Positions 18,867-28,236 of a DNA stretch of 64,000 nt are shown here, in pieces. The notes below the pieces were generated by a model that saw only the letters and a program-made list of their open reading frames with translations, made no database searches and was not told the DNA's origin. Numbering within the stretch: the first letter of the stretch is position 1; every line of letters starts with the position of its first letter. Source of the stretch: a virus. The DNA lies in IMG/VR virus record IMGVR_UViG_3300017991_000077, positions 33,476-97,475 of that record; one strand, given 5' to 3'. Position numbers and translations under genes: made by a program.

Positions 18867-20131
18867 TGAACTACGAAGAGGCGTTGATTTCTAAGATATT
18901 GACGGAGGGGTGTCTTGAAGAGGTTTTGGACGCTAGAGTTTCTGTAGACCTTTTCGAATCGCATAAGGATGTTTGGGAATATGTTTTGGAGGTTTTTCGG
19001 GAACATGGGAGCGTTCCCCCAGTAGATACAGTCGAACAACGGTTTCGAGATTTTTCGATGGAGGTTTCAGAAACCTCGATGACATTTTTCATATCGGAGC
19101 TTCGTAAGAGATGGGTTCACAATACGATAGCCACGAGCATGAAGGTTCAGGCGGATCTCTTGAAGAAAAGAGAACCTTTGCAGGCTTTAGATGAAATGAG
19201 GGAAACTCTACTCAAGGCGGAGGTGGAATCGAGACCTGCAAAAGACTTGAATATTGTAGAAGAACCTGAGCGTCGTATTACTGCATATGAAGACATTGTA
19301 AAAGCAGGAGGTGTTACAGGTATTCCTACTCCTTGGGCATGTTTTAACGAGGTTACTCAGGGGTTTAATGGGGAAGAACTCATTATGATGGCTGGGAGGT
19401 CTGGAATTGGTAAAACGTGGTGTGAGGCAGTTTTGGCTTGTGCTCAGTGGTCGCTAGGTTATACGCCGATACTGTTTTCAAGAGAAATGGCGGTACATCA
19501 GATTGTTCGGCGTATTGATGCAGTGCATGCGCAGCTCCCGTACCAGAGATTTCGATCTGGGTTGTTGACTACTGATGAGTTTGAACGATGGTCGAAATCT
19601 TTGGCCGAAATGAAAGATGGGTTACCTTTTTGGGTGACGGGTGATGATGAGGGAAGATTGGGCGTATCTGGTATTGCGGCAAAGATTCATCGATATAAGC
19701 CGTCAATAGTCTATATCGACGGAGGTTATCTTTTAGAAGATGAGAGAGGTGCTCGAGCATCTTGGGAGCGGTGGTCTAATGTATGTCGGGATTTGAAGAA
19801 GCTGGCGCAACAGGAGAATCTTCCGATAGTCTTATCACATCAATTTAATCTGGAGGGTAAAGACGATAAAGGGGATGCAGATACTCTGAAGTATGGTGAC
19901 GTACAGATGTGGTTTGATTTGATTGTCGGGTTATATCAGACAGAGGATTTGCGATTGAATAAGGAGATGCTTTTTAAAATAAACAAACAACGAGAAGGAG
20001 AGAGACTTGAGTGGGTGACTGAATGGGATCTAGATAAGATGGTTTTCGAAGTAAAATCTGAAGGACGAGATGATGTAGGAGAGGCTGTTCCTTATGAAGA
20101 AGATTCAGAAGGAGACAGAGTACCTTTTTAA
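18866..20131 (+). CDS. dnaB: DnaB-like replicative helicase
   Basis: Walker A AGRSGIGKT; FSREM; IVYIDG; 'LKKLA..NLPIVLSHQ'; KQREG. Confidence 0.9.
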   Translation: MNYEEALISKILTEGCLEEVLDARVSVDLFESHKDVWEYVLEVFREHGSVPPVDTVEQRFRDFSMEVSETSMTFFISELRKRWVHNTIATSMKVQADLLKKREPLQALDEMRETLLKAEVESRPAKDLNIVEEPERRITAYEDIVKAGGVTGIPTPWACFNEVTQGFNGEELIMMAGRSGIGKTWCEAVLACAQWSLGYTPILFSREMAVHQIVRRIDAVHAQLPYQRFRSGLLTTDEFERWSKSLAEMKDGLPFWVTGDDEGRLGVSGIAAKIHRYKPSIVYIDGGYLLEDERGARASWERWSNVCRDLKKLAQQENLPIVLSHQFNLEGKDDKGDADTLKYGDVQMWFDLIVGLYQTEDLRLNKEMLFKINKQREGERLEWVTEWDLDKMVFEVKSEGRDDVGEAVPYEEDSEGDRVPF

Positions 20132-20392
20132 ATGGCTGTATACGTTAGCGTTGAGTTGAAAGATGTTGGAAGTTTGATGGAAGCTATCCAATATGTAGTT
20201 GATCGAGAAGGCGAGCCTATAACTAAAGAAACAGCAGAATATTTACAGGAGACTCTTTCTCGGGTTCAACGGCATATTGATAACGAACATTATGGGGATG
20301 CAGCCGCTACGGAGATAACGCGGGTTTTAGATTTTCTTGGAGGAGGGAACTCATGGACGAAAGAAGAATCTTGGAGGTCTTGGAAGAGATAG
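20132..20392 (+). CDS. Hypothetical protein
   Basis: Coupled ORF between helicase and primase. Confidence 0.45.
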   Translation: MAVYVSVELKDVGSLMEAIQYVVDREGEPITKETAEYLQETLSRVQRHIDNEHYGDAAATEITRVLDFLGGGNSWTKEESWRSWKR

Positions 20393-21381
20393 ACGCCAAA
20401 AACATTTCAATTTATGATCGCAATATTCAGTGTTCTTGTTTCTTAGCTCCTTATCGAAGAGGACACGACTCCTACAGTGACCATGCAGGTTCGATGGGGA
20501 TTTCTATCGATTCCGAAGATGAAAGTAAGGTGCATTGTTTCAGTTGTGGATTCGGTGGTTCCTTTGTCAGAGCTGTTGAATTGTTGGATAAGTATAAAAG
20601 TCGGGTAGACCTTTCTAAGTTGCTTTCTCGAATGCGGGAGATTGAGGATAAGGACCCTGTTCAGGTGGCTGCATCTGTGGGAAGTTACGATGAGCCTTTG
20701 TTCCAGGCAGTGCGAAAGGCGTATTTGGGAGAATGTCTTTTGAGAATGTCCTTTTCTCCTGGAGCGCATACGAGCATTGTATCAAGGGGATTTTCTGTCG
20801 ATACACTTAAAACCTGGGAATGTCATTATGATGATCGCTATATGCGAGTAGTATTTCCTGTTCGAGACCGAGTACTTTCTTCGGGACTTAAATGTCATGC
20901 AGGTCTTGTAGGTGCAGTTGGCCGGACAGTAGTCAATAGCGATATAAAATATTTCAATTATTTTGGATTAGAAAAAGCAAATCATTTATATGGGGAGCAC
21001 TTAACTAAGACTGGACCAACTGTAGTGGTTGTAGAGGGAATATTAGATACTATTGCAGTTTGGCAGTCATTACAGAAAGCAGGTATGGGGGAGTATTGTG
21101 ATGTAGTTGGTTTGCTTGGAGCCTCTGCGTCAAATAAGCAAATGGCAAAATTGGCGTCTACCTGGGAGGAAATGATAGTCTTTCTAGACGATGATCCAGC
21201 AGGTTGGTCAGGTCAGCTCAGGTTGGTTAAAGGGTCTGGTAGAAAGGTTATGGTGAAAGGAGTTCAGTATCCCCGAGGAGTTCAGTATCCCCGAGGTAAA
21301 GGCAATGACCCGGCGAGTTTGATGCAGAACGGAGTAGATTTAGTACGCCTGATTAAGACTGCAAGTCTGCTGGTCTATTAG
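20353..21381 (+). CDS. DNA primase (Zn finger + TOPRIM)
   Basis: C..H..CFSC Zn finger; VVVEGILD; FLDDDPAG; DP motif. Confidence 0.88.
   Translation: MDERRILEVLEEIDAKNISIYDRNIQCSCFLAPYRRGHDSYSDHAGSMGISIDSEDESKVHCFSCGFGGSFVRAVELLDKYKSRVDLSKLLSRMREIEDKDPVQVAASVGSYDEPLFQAVRKAYLGECLLRMSFSPGAHTSIVSRGFSVDTLKTWECHYDDRYMRVVFPVRDRVLSSGLKCHAGLVGAVGRTVVNSDIKYFNYFGLEKANHLYGEHLTKTGPTVVVVEGILDTIAVWQSLQKAGMGEYCDVVGLLGASASNKQMAKLASTWEEMIVFLDDDPAGWSGQLRLVKGSGRKVMVKGVQYPRGVQYPRGKGNDPASLMQNGVDLVRLIKTASLLVY
21258..21296 (+). repeat. 18-bp in-frame tandem duplication in the primase gene (GVQYPR x2)
   Basis: AGGAGTTCAGTATCCCCG occurs twice in tandem. Confidence 0.9.
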
Positions 21382-21398
21382 CATAGAAAGGAGATACG

Positions 21399-22001
21399 AT
21401 GTTTAGGTTTATGCTATTGTTGTGTCTATTGATGGGGGTTTCAGGAAGCAGTCTCGCGCAGAAAGCTATTTATGACCCAGTTTATTACGGCAAGCTTACG
21501 TCTCACAGAGGGCTGAAAGGTCTTGGTGTAGTTAGACCTCAGGGACGTCCAGTATCGCGGGAGCAGTGGACAGATATGGAACGTCTGTGGATGGCTCGGA
21601 GTGTTGTTGGCGAGGCGAGTTTTTTGGCTCTTGAAGAGCATGTGGAGATCGCCTGGGTATATGCGACCATTGCTCGGCAAAAAGGATTGTCTTTGTTGAG
21701 GGTTATCAAAGGGTATTCTGCAGCAGTCAAGCAAAGAAGTACTAAGACTCGTAAGTGGATTCTTGAGTTGAAGTTAAATGGAAGTAAGCCAAGACATTGG
21801 CCAAGTAATTTGAGTTGGAAGGTACATAAAAAATTATGGTTCCGGATACTCGATAATTTAGAGGAATGGGCCAAAGGTAATAGACCCAGTAAATTGGATG
21901 GGGCTAATCATTTTGGAGGAGATATGGATACTCCTGGTATTCGATGGGTAAAGTTAGACGCTCCCTACGCCAATAGTTTTTATCGAGCCGAAGCTAAATA
22001 A
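21399..22001 (+). CDS. Secreted SleB/Hydrolase_2-like cell-wall hydrolase
   Basis: Signal peptide; 'LWMARSVVGEAS' resembles the SleB catalytic helix; 'GANHF' near the C-terminus. Confidence 0.5.
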   Translation: MFRFMLLLCLLMGVSGSSLAQKAIYDPVYYGKLTSHRGLKGLGVVRPQGRPVSREQWTDMERLWMARSVVGEASFLALEEHVEIAWVYATIARQKGLSLLRVIKGYSAAVKQRSTKTRKWILELKLNGSKPRHWPSNLSWKVHKKLWFRILDNLEEWAKGNRPSKLDGANHFGGDMDTPGIRWVKLDAPYANSFYRAEAK

Positions 22002-22007
22002 TACTGC

Positions 22008-22036
22008 TTGACAAAACTTTTTAATATACTTATCAT
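22008..22036 (+). promoter_or_regulatory. sigma70-type promoter, TTGACAAAACT family
   Basis: TTGACA-17-TATCAT upstream of the SSB gene. Confidence 0.75.
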
Positions 22037-22110
22037 TATTATCTACCTACATACATCAGTGGTCTAAGGGGAATTACGGCTAAAAGCCCACAATCAACAA
22101 AGGAGAAAAG

Positions 22111-22812
22111 ATGTCAAAAGCCAGTTGGTATTCTACAGGTAGTGACGCCGATGAAGCGGTGAAAGATGAAGTCGCAAGACAAGAAGCAGCCAGAGAAGAA
22201 AGATCAAGAAATCAGATTCGTCGCTGGTGGATGAGGCCGACGGACGAAGACGATGAGAAGCATTTAGTATTTGTTGACGATGAGAAGCATCCAGATGGAT
22301 ATAAGCTTCCTTTCGTATTTCGAGAGCATAATATCCATTTGAATGGACACTGGAGGAATTGGTTTACTTGTATCGAAGGGTTGCCAGGAGAAGATGGAAA
22401 GCCACAGCATTGTCCGTTGTGTAGGGCGGAGAATAGGCCCTATTTAGCGGCTGCATACACAGTCCAGAATAGGGATTCCTATACTGTAAAGGATGGGTCT
22501 ATTCGGAATGCTGACGGAACGGAGCTCAATCTGTTTGTATGTAAGACGAAGGTATACAAGATGATTCGGAAGGCCAGCAAGAAAAAGAAGGGGTTGCGGG
22601 GTTGGTTGGTGGAGGTTACCAGAACTTCTTCGGATGCTCCGAATACGGGTGACCTTTTTGAATTTGAAGAGTGGAACCAATTGCCGAAGAATGTAGTTCC
22701 TTATGACTACATGACTCTTTTTATGCCAAAGAGTGAAAAGGAGCTTGTAGACATATTGGCAGGAGGAGCAGCTAAAGAGGTAGAGGCACAAGACGACTTA
22801 ATACGGTTCTAA
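22111..22812 (+). CDS. Single-stranded DNA-binding protein (gp32-like, Zn-binding)
   Basis: H...C...CPLC motif; acidic/aromatic C-terminus 'DDLIRF'; lies just upstream of the polymerase. Confidence 0.7.
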   Translation: MSKASWYSTGSDADEAVKDEVARQEAAREERSRNQIRRWWMRPTDEDDEKHLVFVDDEKHPDGYKLPFVFREHNIHLNGHWRNWFTCIEGLPGEDGKPQHCPLCRAENRPYLAAAYTVQNRDSYTVKDGSIRNADGTELNLFVCKTKVYKMIRKASKKKKGLRGWLVEVTRTSSDAPNTGDLFEFEEWNQLPKNVVPYDYMTLFMPKSEKELVDILAGGAAKEVEAQDDLIRF

Positions 22813-22820
22813 CTCTTTGT

Positions 22821-22853
22821 GGGGGCCTGGTCACGTGGGGCTAGGCTCCTTTC
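22821..22853 (+). terminator. Terminator-like hairpin after SSB
   Basis: GGGGCCTGGTC...GGCTAGGCTCC stem (G:U-rich) followed by TTTC. Confidence 0.45.
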
Positions 22854-22872
22854 ATTAATTGAAAGGAAAACA

Positions 22873-22974
22873 ATGGATGCTCTATTTTTGGGGATTGTGT
22901 TTGTAGTCTCTTCCACCGTAGTTTATGTACTTTTGTATAGCATTAAGGCACTAGTAGAAAAGATATTCAAATAA
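22873..22974 (+). CDS. 33-aa single-TM protein (not in the ORF track)
   Basis: AAAGGA RBS; MDALFLGIVFVVSSTVVYVLLYSIKALVEKIFK; TAATG overlap with polA. Confidence 0.55.
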   Translation: MDALFLGIVFVVSSTVVYVLLYSIKALVEKIFK

Positions 22975-24827
22975 TGAATACCTTAACTATATTACCCAAG
23001 CATTTTCGAGAGCTTGAGCAGAAGCTTGAGCAGTTTCCTCGATATGGTCTTGATTACGAAACAACGAGTAGTCATCCACATCCGAAGGCGGCGCTGCATC
23101 ATGATAAGTTGCGAGTAGTCGGTTATGGGCTGGGGTTTCCTGATGGGAGCAAGACCTATGTTCCCATGGCTCATATTGATGGGGGTAACGCCCCGATGTC
23201 TGAGGCCATGACGACTTTAGAGAAAGCGGTATCTAATCCAAAGAAGGAGGTATGGGCACACGGGTTAAAATTTGAGATTCAAGCAAGTCGGGCGATTGGT
23301 CTCGAAATTCAGAATAAGAAGAGATGTAGTCTTCTTGCTCAGTGGTTACTCGGAAAAGGTTTTCGAGGGAGTAGGGGACATGGGCTCAAAGCTGCAGCCA
23401 AAGAATATTTAGGTGTGCAGATGACTGAATGGGGAGAAGTGATTTCTGAGACTAAACGAGCACATGAGGTATCCCCAGAAGTGATGGGTCCTTATTGCGG
23501 AGATGATAGTTTGCAGACTTTGCGTCTCGGCGAACTCTGGGTGCCGGAGATGCGGGAGTTGGATTTAATTCATGTGTTCGAAGATCTTGAGTGTCCTTTT
23601 GCTGAAGTGCTTACTCATATTCGTGAAGTGGGCTTTGCTATCAATCGAGATATGCTTTTGGAGATGCACGAGGATTTTTCGAAAGAGGAGAAAAGACTTG
23701 GGGACGCCTTTTACGATTTAGTAGGGGTCAGTATTTCTTCTAATCAGAAAATATCTAGGCGGTTGTATGAGGAACTCAAGTGGTGGCCTTGTAAGGGGTT
23801 CAAAAAAGGAGCCTCAGGGTATTATTCGATAGATAAAGGCCATAGAGAAAAACTGAAGTCTAGGTTGAAGGAGGGGTCTCCCGGATGGGCAGCACTTAAC
23901 CTCAAAAGTAAGCATGCCCAGATAGCAAAGCTGAATTCGACATATACTCATTCTCTAGTTAAAGCAGCCGACTCAAATGTAGATGGTCGTCTCCGATGTG
24001 AATTCAAGCAACATGGAACAGATACCGGAAGGTTATCCTCAGCTGATCCGAGTTTTCAAAACATTCCAAGTAGAGGTGACGGAAAAATAATTCGAGACGC
24101 TTTCATAGCGGAGGAGGGATGGGTAATTTGTGATGCAGATTATTCAGGAGCTGATTTAGTGATGATGGCTCATCTCTCTAGAGACCCCAAAATGCTAGAG
24201 TTGTTTAATCGGCCGAACAAGGAAGATAGGGATCTTCATCAGTTGACTGCTACTGAGTGTGATTGTCCGAGACCTACAGGGAAGGTTTTGAATCTTGGTC
24301 TTATTTATGAGATGGGGCCAGAAACCCTTTCGGGGAATTTAAAATGTAGTTTTCAAGTGGCGAAGATGATTCATGCGAAGTGGCACACTGCGTATCCAAT
24401 GGTTAGAGCTTATCATGCGAGGCAACATGCCTATGTTTTAAAGCATGGGTATGTGAGGACGATAACTGGACGTGTTCGGCTGCTTCCTGAAGTATATTCT
24501 AAGAATCCCCGAATTAGGGCTATGGGTTTACGAAACGCAGTCAATACTGCAGACCAAGGTTCGGTGGCCGATGTCATCAAAATCGCAATGAGGAATCTTT
24601 ATCTAGAATGGAAAGAGCGAGGAGTTCTTTATGATTATTGGACTAAGCAAGGAAAGGCTAAAATCCAGAGTCAAGTGCATGATGAGGTAATCTGTTCTCT
24701 TAGAAAAGATTTCGCAGAAGAGGGTAAGAACGACATCCAGAGGCATATGGAGAATGCGGTGAAACTTCGGGCACCTATGATAGCAGAGCCCGGACTAGGG
24801 CCTACTTGGTTGTCTGCGAAAGTATAG
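22974..24827 (+). CDS. polA: Family A DNA polymerase (3'-5' exonuclease + polymerase)
   Basis: Exo I LDYET; TDTGRLSS.DP..QNIP; motif A ADYSGADL; motif B R...K..NLG..Y; motif C QVHDE. Confidence 0.95.
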   Translation: MNTLTILPKHFRELEQKLEQFPRYGLDYETTSSHPHPKAALHHDKLRVVGYGLGFPDGSKTYVPMAHIDGGNAPMSEAMTTLEKAVSNPKKEVWAHGLKFEIQASRAIGLEIQNKKRCSLLAQWLLGKGFRGSRGHGLKAAAKEYLGVQMTEWGEVISETKRAHEVSPEVMGPYCGDDSLQTLRLGELWVPEMRELDLIHVFEDLECPFAEVLTHIREVGFAINRDMLLEMHEDFSKEEKRLGDAFYDLVGVSISSNQKISRRLYEELKWWPCKGFKKGASGYYSIDKGHREKLKSRLKEGSPGWAALNLKSKHAQIAKLNSTYTHSLVKAADSNVDGRLRCEFKQHGTDTGRLSSADPSFQNIPSRGDGKIIRDAFIAEEGWVICDADYSGADLVMMAHLSRDPKMLELFNRPNKEDRDLHQLTATECDCPRPTGKVLNLGLIYEMGPETLSGNLKCSFQVAKMIHAKWHTAYPMVRAYHARQHAYVLKHGYVRTITGRVRLLPEVYSKNPRIRAMGLRNAVNTADQGSVADVIKIAMRNLYLEWKERGVLYDYWTKQGKAKIQSQVHDEVICSLRKDFAEEGKNDIQRHMENAVKLRAPMIAEPGLGPTWLSAKV

Positions 24828-24836
24828 GAGAGATTA

Positions 24837-25022
24837 ATGGAGATTTCAGTAGCAGAGGCAAGAGAAGTTATTTCAAAGGCTTTTAAGGAGGACCCACATT
24901 TCAAATTTGGTTACATCGCCAATATTGCAGAGTTTCTTCATGATCGGGGTTATCTGAAACAGCCATTGAAAGATAAAAATGATGTAGCTGAGGCTGTGCT
25001 CGATTTAATATTTGAAGGGTAG
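24837..25022 (+). CDS. Hypothetical protein
   Basis: AGGAG RBS; short ORF. Confidence 0.55.
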   Translation: MEISVAEAREVISKAFKEDPHFKFGYIANIAEFLHDRGYLKQPLKDKNDVAEAVLDLIFEG

Positions 25023-25545
25023 TCCTATAGATAAGGACGGTGCCGGCAGCTAAGATTTCGCGAGTTTTCGACAACAAAAGTACATAGCAAGAAGACCAGA
25101 CAATAATGTGTGGGTTCTTGAGGTTGTCGGCACCGTTTTATATTTGGAGAAACAATGTCCGAATCAAGAACTATTCCTTTGAAGCACCCTCCTTTTTAGA
25201 GGAGGTTTGTGAGGAATTGAGTTTATATAGACCTCGTGTCTTGGAGTGTACGGTAGATGAAAGTTGGATTGATATGAAGCTTCGTTGTGGAATCAACAAA
25301 AAGCCTGTTTGGTTCATAGGGCGTGTTTGGTATGACCGTCCATATTATATGTTGCATACCGGGTGGATTTGGATTGGAGTCTGGTGATGAAACGACAACG
25401 AAAGAAGAATGCTAAGAGAGAAGCTCTATGGCTTGCGTGTTTGATAAAGGCACATCCTGGTTTAATATTCTTTTCTGGACCACGGAAACTCTATTATGTG
25501 GGTGAAGAGTAGCTGAGGCTAGGTCAAAAAAAGGAAACTCAGCAT

Positions 25546-25743
25546 ATGATTAAAAATATACCCGATAAGCCAGGACACTACTGGTATTGTTTGCAGGGTA
25601 AAGACCCAATAATAATTAAGATAATTAAGCTTCCTGGTAGAGAGGCATGGACTACGATTGATGGATATGGATGTAAGGTAGAAGACCTTCCAGGAGTCGT
25701 AGGGCCATTAAGAATCGAGGATTTTATTCCTCCAGCCATTTAA
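25546..25743 (+). CDS. Hypothetical protein
   Basis: AAGGA RBS; the 'PDKPGHYWY' start is common in small phage ORFs. Confidence 0.5.
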   Translation: MIKNIPDKPGHYWYCLQGKDPIIIKIIKLPGREAWTTIDGYGCKVEDLPGVVGPLRIEDFIPPAI

Positions 25744-25754
25744 CAGGTGAAATT

Positions 25755-26018
25755 ATGGCGACACATACTTTGAAGGCTTGGCCCAACTTTTTTGAGGCTG
25801 TGCGAAAAGGAATAAAGACTTTTGAAATCCGTAAAAACGATAGGGGATTTCGGGTAGGAGATATACTTAATCTTAATGAGTATGATCCTTCTAGAAAAAC
25901 CTATTCAGGAAATGTTTTGGAAATGAAGGTCACTTATCTGTTGAGTGATCCCCATTTCGGTCTTCAAGACGGATACGTGGTGATGGGTATTGTTCCGAGG
26001 AGTTTTCATGAGTTTTAA
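25755..26018 (+). CDS. DUF3850 / ASCH (PUA-like) domain protein
   Basis: 'HTLKAWPNFFEAVRKGIKTFEIRKNDRGFRVGDIL.LNEY...VTY...GL.DGYVVMGI'. Confidence 0.85.
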   Translation: MATHTLKAWPNFFEAVRKGIKTFEIRKNDRGFRVGDILNLNEYDPSRKTYSGNVLEMKVTYLLSDPHFGLQDGYVVMGIVPRSFHEF

Positions 26019-28236
26019 GAGTGCTATTGTGGATAGTATGGTTCGAGTATTCGAGACTAAGGTGCCTGAGTATCTTTACTCTGAGTATACACTCAACACC
26101 GTAGAGGGAGGTTTTAAGCTCTATTCGGTAGATTCAAATTCTGGGGTAGTTTCTTTTCCACGTTCGGCCCAACGATATTTTGATTGTGAAGATCGTACTT
26201 CTCAAGGAAGAAGTATTGATCGGGAATACGAGGCTAAGTTTAAGCCAAGAGAATATCAAGAAGAAGCTGTTGCGGCGACATGTCAGTACCTGTCTCGGCA
26301 TAGGGGAGGAGTTCTTATTGCAGGTTGTGGAAAAGGAAAGACCGTTATGGCCACTGAAAGTGCACTCAGACTAAACAAGTCGACATGTATTTTAGTGCAT
26401 AAGGAGTTTTTGGCAGACCAATGGGAAGCAGCTATAAAAATGCTTTCTGGAATTCATACTGTAGGTCGGTTGAAGCGGGATCAATGTGATACAGGTCAAG
26501 ATTTTGATTTCGTCATTGCGAGTACTCAGAGTCTTACTAATCCAAAGCGGGAGTATCCCAAAGAATTTTTTGATTCTTTTGGATTGTTAATCGCAGACGA
26601 ATGTCACAGATACGGGGCTGAAATTTGGCACCAGGTATTTCAGCAGTTCCCCGCTCGGTATCGACTCGGGTTAACAGCCACCGCGGAGAGGTATGATGGG
26701 CTGTGGGGACTCGTGCAAGAACATGTCGGATATACCGCGACTTGTATCGATGCAGATCCTATCGAGAATAAAGTATTCATGGTGAAACTGACTACAGGAA
26801 TTCCAGAATCGGCATGGAATCATAAGTGGTTGGACGATAATATGAAGAGGGCCAAGCTAGTATCTATTTTAGCAAACCACGATGGCAGGAATGAGGTGAT
26901 TGCTCGGAATATTCTCAAGGCTTTCGAGAGCAATCGAATAACTTTAGTGATTTCAGAAAGACGGGCGCAGCTTGAGGAGCTTAGTAAGAAGCTTCAGAGT
27001 AGAGGCGTAGATGAAAAGCATATTGGATTTTTTGTAGGGGGTCGCAAGAAGAAAGATTTAGACGAGGTACAGTTGAAGCCGCTTATCATGTGCTGTTTGG
27101 AAGAAGATGCTTTGTGTTTAACTCTAACTGGGTGGAAGCATTATTCTCAGTTGAGTATCGGGGAGTGGGTAGCATCCTATAGTATAGAGAGAGAGGTTAT
27201 TGAGTATGTCCCTCTAGTAGATATTAAGGTTTATGATTTTGATGGCTATCTCGCTGAAATAGATAGGAAAAGATTAAATGTTAGGATGACTTGGGGTCAT
27301 AAGAATGTAGTTTATAGAGGAGGTAAAGAATTTCTTGAAAAGGCGTGTTTTTTACAGACTGGAGACAAAGTTAGAGTGTTTGCTCCTGTTGATTATCCAG
27401 AACATGGGGAGAGTATAGGAGTTTCGCAGGCAGAGTTGGTGGGATGGTTTATCGCTGAAGGTACATGTACGCGGGATGATGGTGTGATTTTATACCAAAA
27501 CGAGGGGAAGACTGCTGAGCGGATAGACTATTTACTCGGAATAGCTGGTTGGGCGTATTCTCGAAGAGAGTATCGTCCAGGACAAATCAGTTGGCATTTC
27601 GGAGCAGCTCTTTCTAGAGCTACTTTTTTGAATTGGTCTCCAGATAAAGATTTAAATTCTTTTTTAATAGGGTTGCCTCAAAGGGAAGTAGACGCTTTAT
27701 TTGTTGGTTTGGTTGATGGTGATGGGAGTTACTACAAAAACACAGTTGTTTTTACGCAGAGAAAAGTTTCTACGGTCGATTGGTTTACTATTTTAGCTCT
27801 TCGGTGTGGCTATTCACCTTATGTAGGTAAGGATGAAAGAATAGGTAGAGTCTTCTTAACTAAGAAGAAATTTGTTGGTCTTACGGATAGAGAGTTTCAT
27901 GTAGCTCCAGTTAAGTATAGAGGGAAGGTATGGTGTCCGAAGACGAAGAATGACACTTGGATTGCTCGGAGTAGAGGTTCTATTTTTATTACTGGTAATA
28001 CCTATCAGATGGCCAAAGAAGGATTAGATATTGAGGCGTTGGATGCTTTGTTTATGGCTACCCCTCAATATGGAGTTACGCAGACCGTAGGTCGAATATT
28101 GAGAGAGCTTGAAGGTAAGGCTGTTCCCGTTACAGTTGATTTTGTTGATTCAGATGTTGAGCGGTTGAGAGGTCAGGCGTTTGGACGGGTAAAACAATAT
28201 CGCGCTTTAGGATGTGAAGTTGTAGGAGAGTTTTGA
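26008..28236 (+). CDS. Superfamily 2 (DExH) helicase containing an intein
   Basis: Q motif PREYQ; GCGKGKT; DECH; GLTAT; EGLDI; Q.VGRILR. Confidence 0.9.
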   Translation: MSFKSAIVDSMVRVFETKVPEYLYSEYTLNTVEGGFKLYSVDSNSGVVSFPRSAQRYFDCEDRTSQGRSIDREYEAKFKPREYQEEAVAATCQYLSRHRGGVLIAGCGKGKTVMATESALRLNKSTCILVHKEFLADQWEAAIKMLSGIHTVGRLKRDQCDTGQDFDFVIASTQSLTNPKREYPKEFFDSFGLLIADECHRYGAEIWHQVFQQFPARYRLGLTATAERYDGLWGLVQEHVGYTATCIDADPIENKVFMVKLTTGIPESAWNHKWLDDNMKRAKLVSILANHDGRNEVIARNILKAFESNRITLVISERRAQLEELSKKLQSRGVDEKHIGFFVGGRKKKDLDEVQLKPLIMCCLEEDALCLTLTGWKHYSQLSIGEWVASYSIEREVIEYVPLVDIKVYDFDGYLAEIDRKRLNVRMTWGHKNVVYRGGKEFLEKACFLQTGDKVRVFAPVDYPEHGESIGVSQAELVGWFIAEGTCTRDDGVILYQNEGKTAERIDYLLGIAGWAYSRREYRPGQISWHFGAALSRATFLNWSPDKDLNSFLIGLPQREVDALFVGLVDGDGSYYKNTVVFTQRKVSTVDWFTILALRCGYSPYVGKDERIGRVFLTKKKFVGLTDREFHVAPVKYRGKVWCPKTKNDTWIARSRGSIFITGNTYQMAKEGLDIEALDALFMATPQYGVTQTVGRILRELEGKAVPVTVDFVDSDVERLRGQAFGRVKQYRALGCEVVGEF
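27094..27999 (+). mobile_element. Intein (302 aa) with LAGLIDADG homing endonuclease
   Basis: Starts CLEEDALCLT, ends VWCPKT...IFITGN followed by Thr+1; LAGLIDADG-like LVGWFIAEG and FVGLVDGDG; removal restores helicase motif V (LIMC/TYQMAKEGLDI). Confidence 0.9.

Noticed and set aside
25106-25387. 93-aa ORF as annotated
   Set aside because: Its start lies inside the long hairpin with no RBS; if real, it probably begins near 25217.
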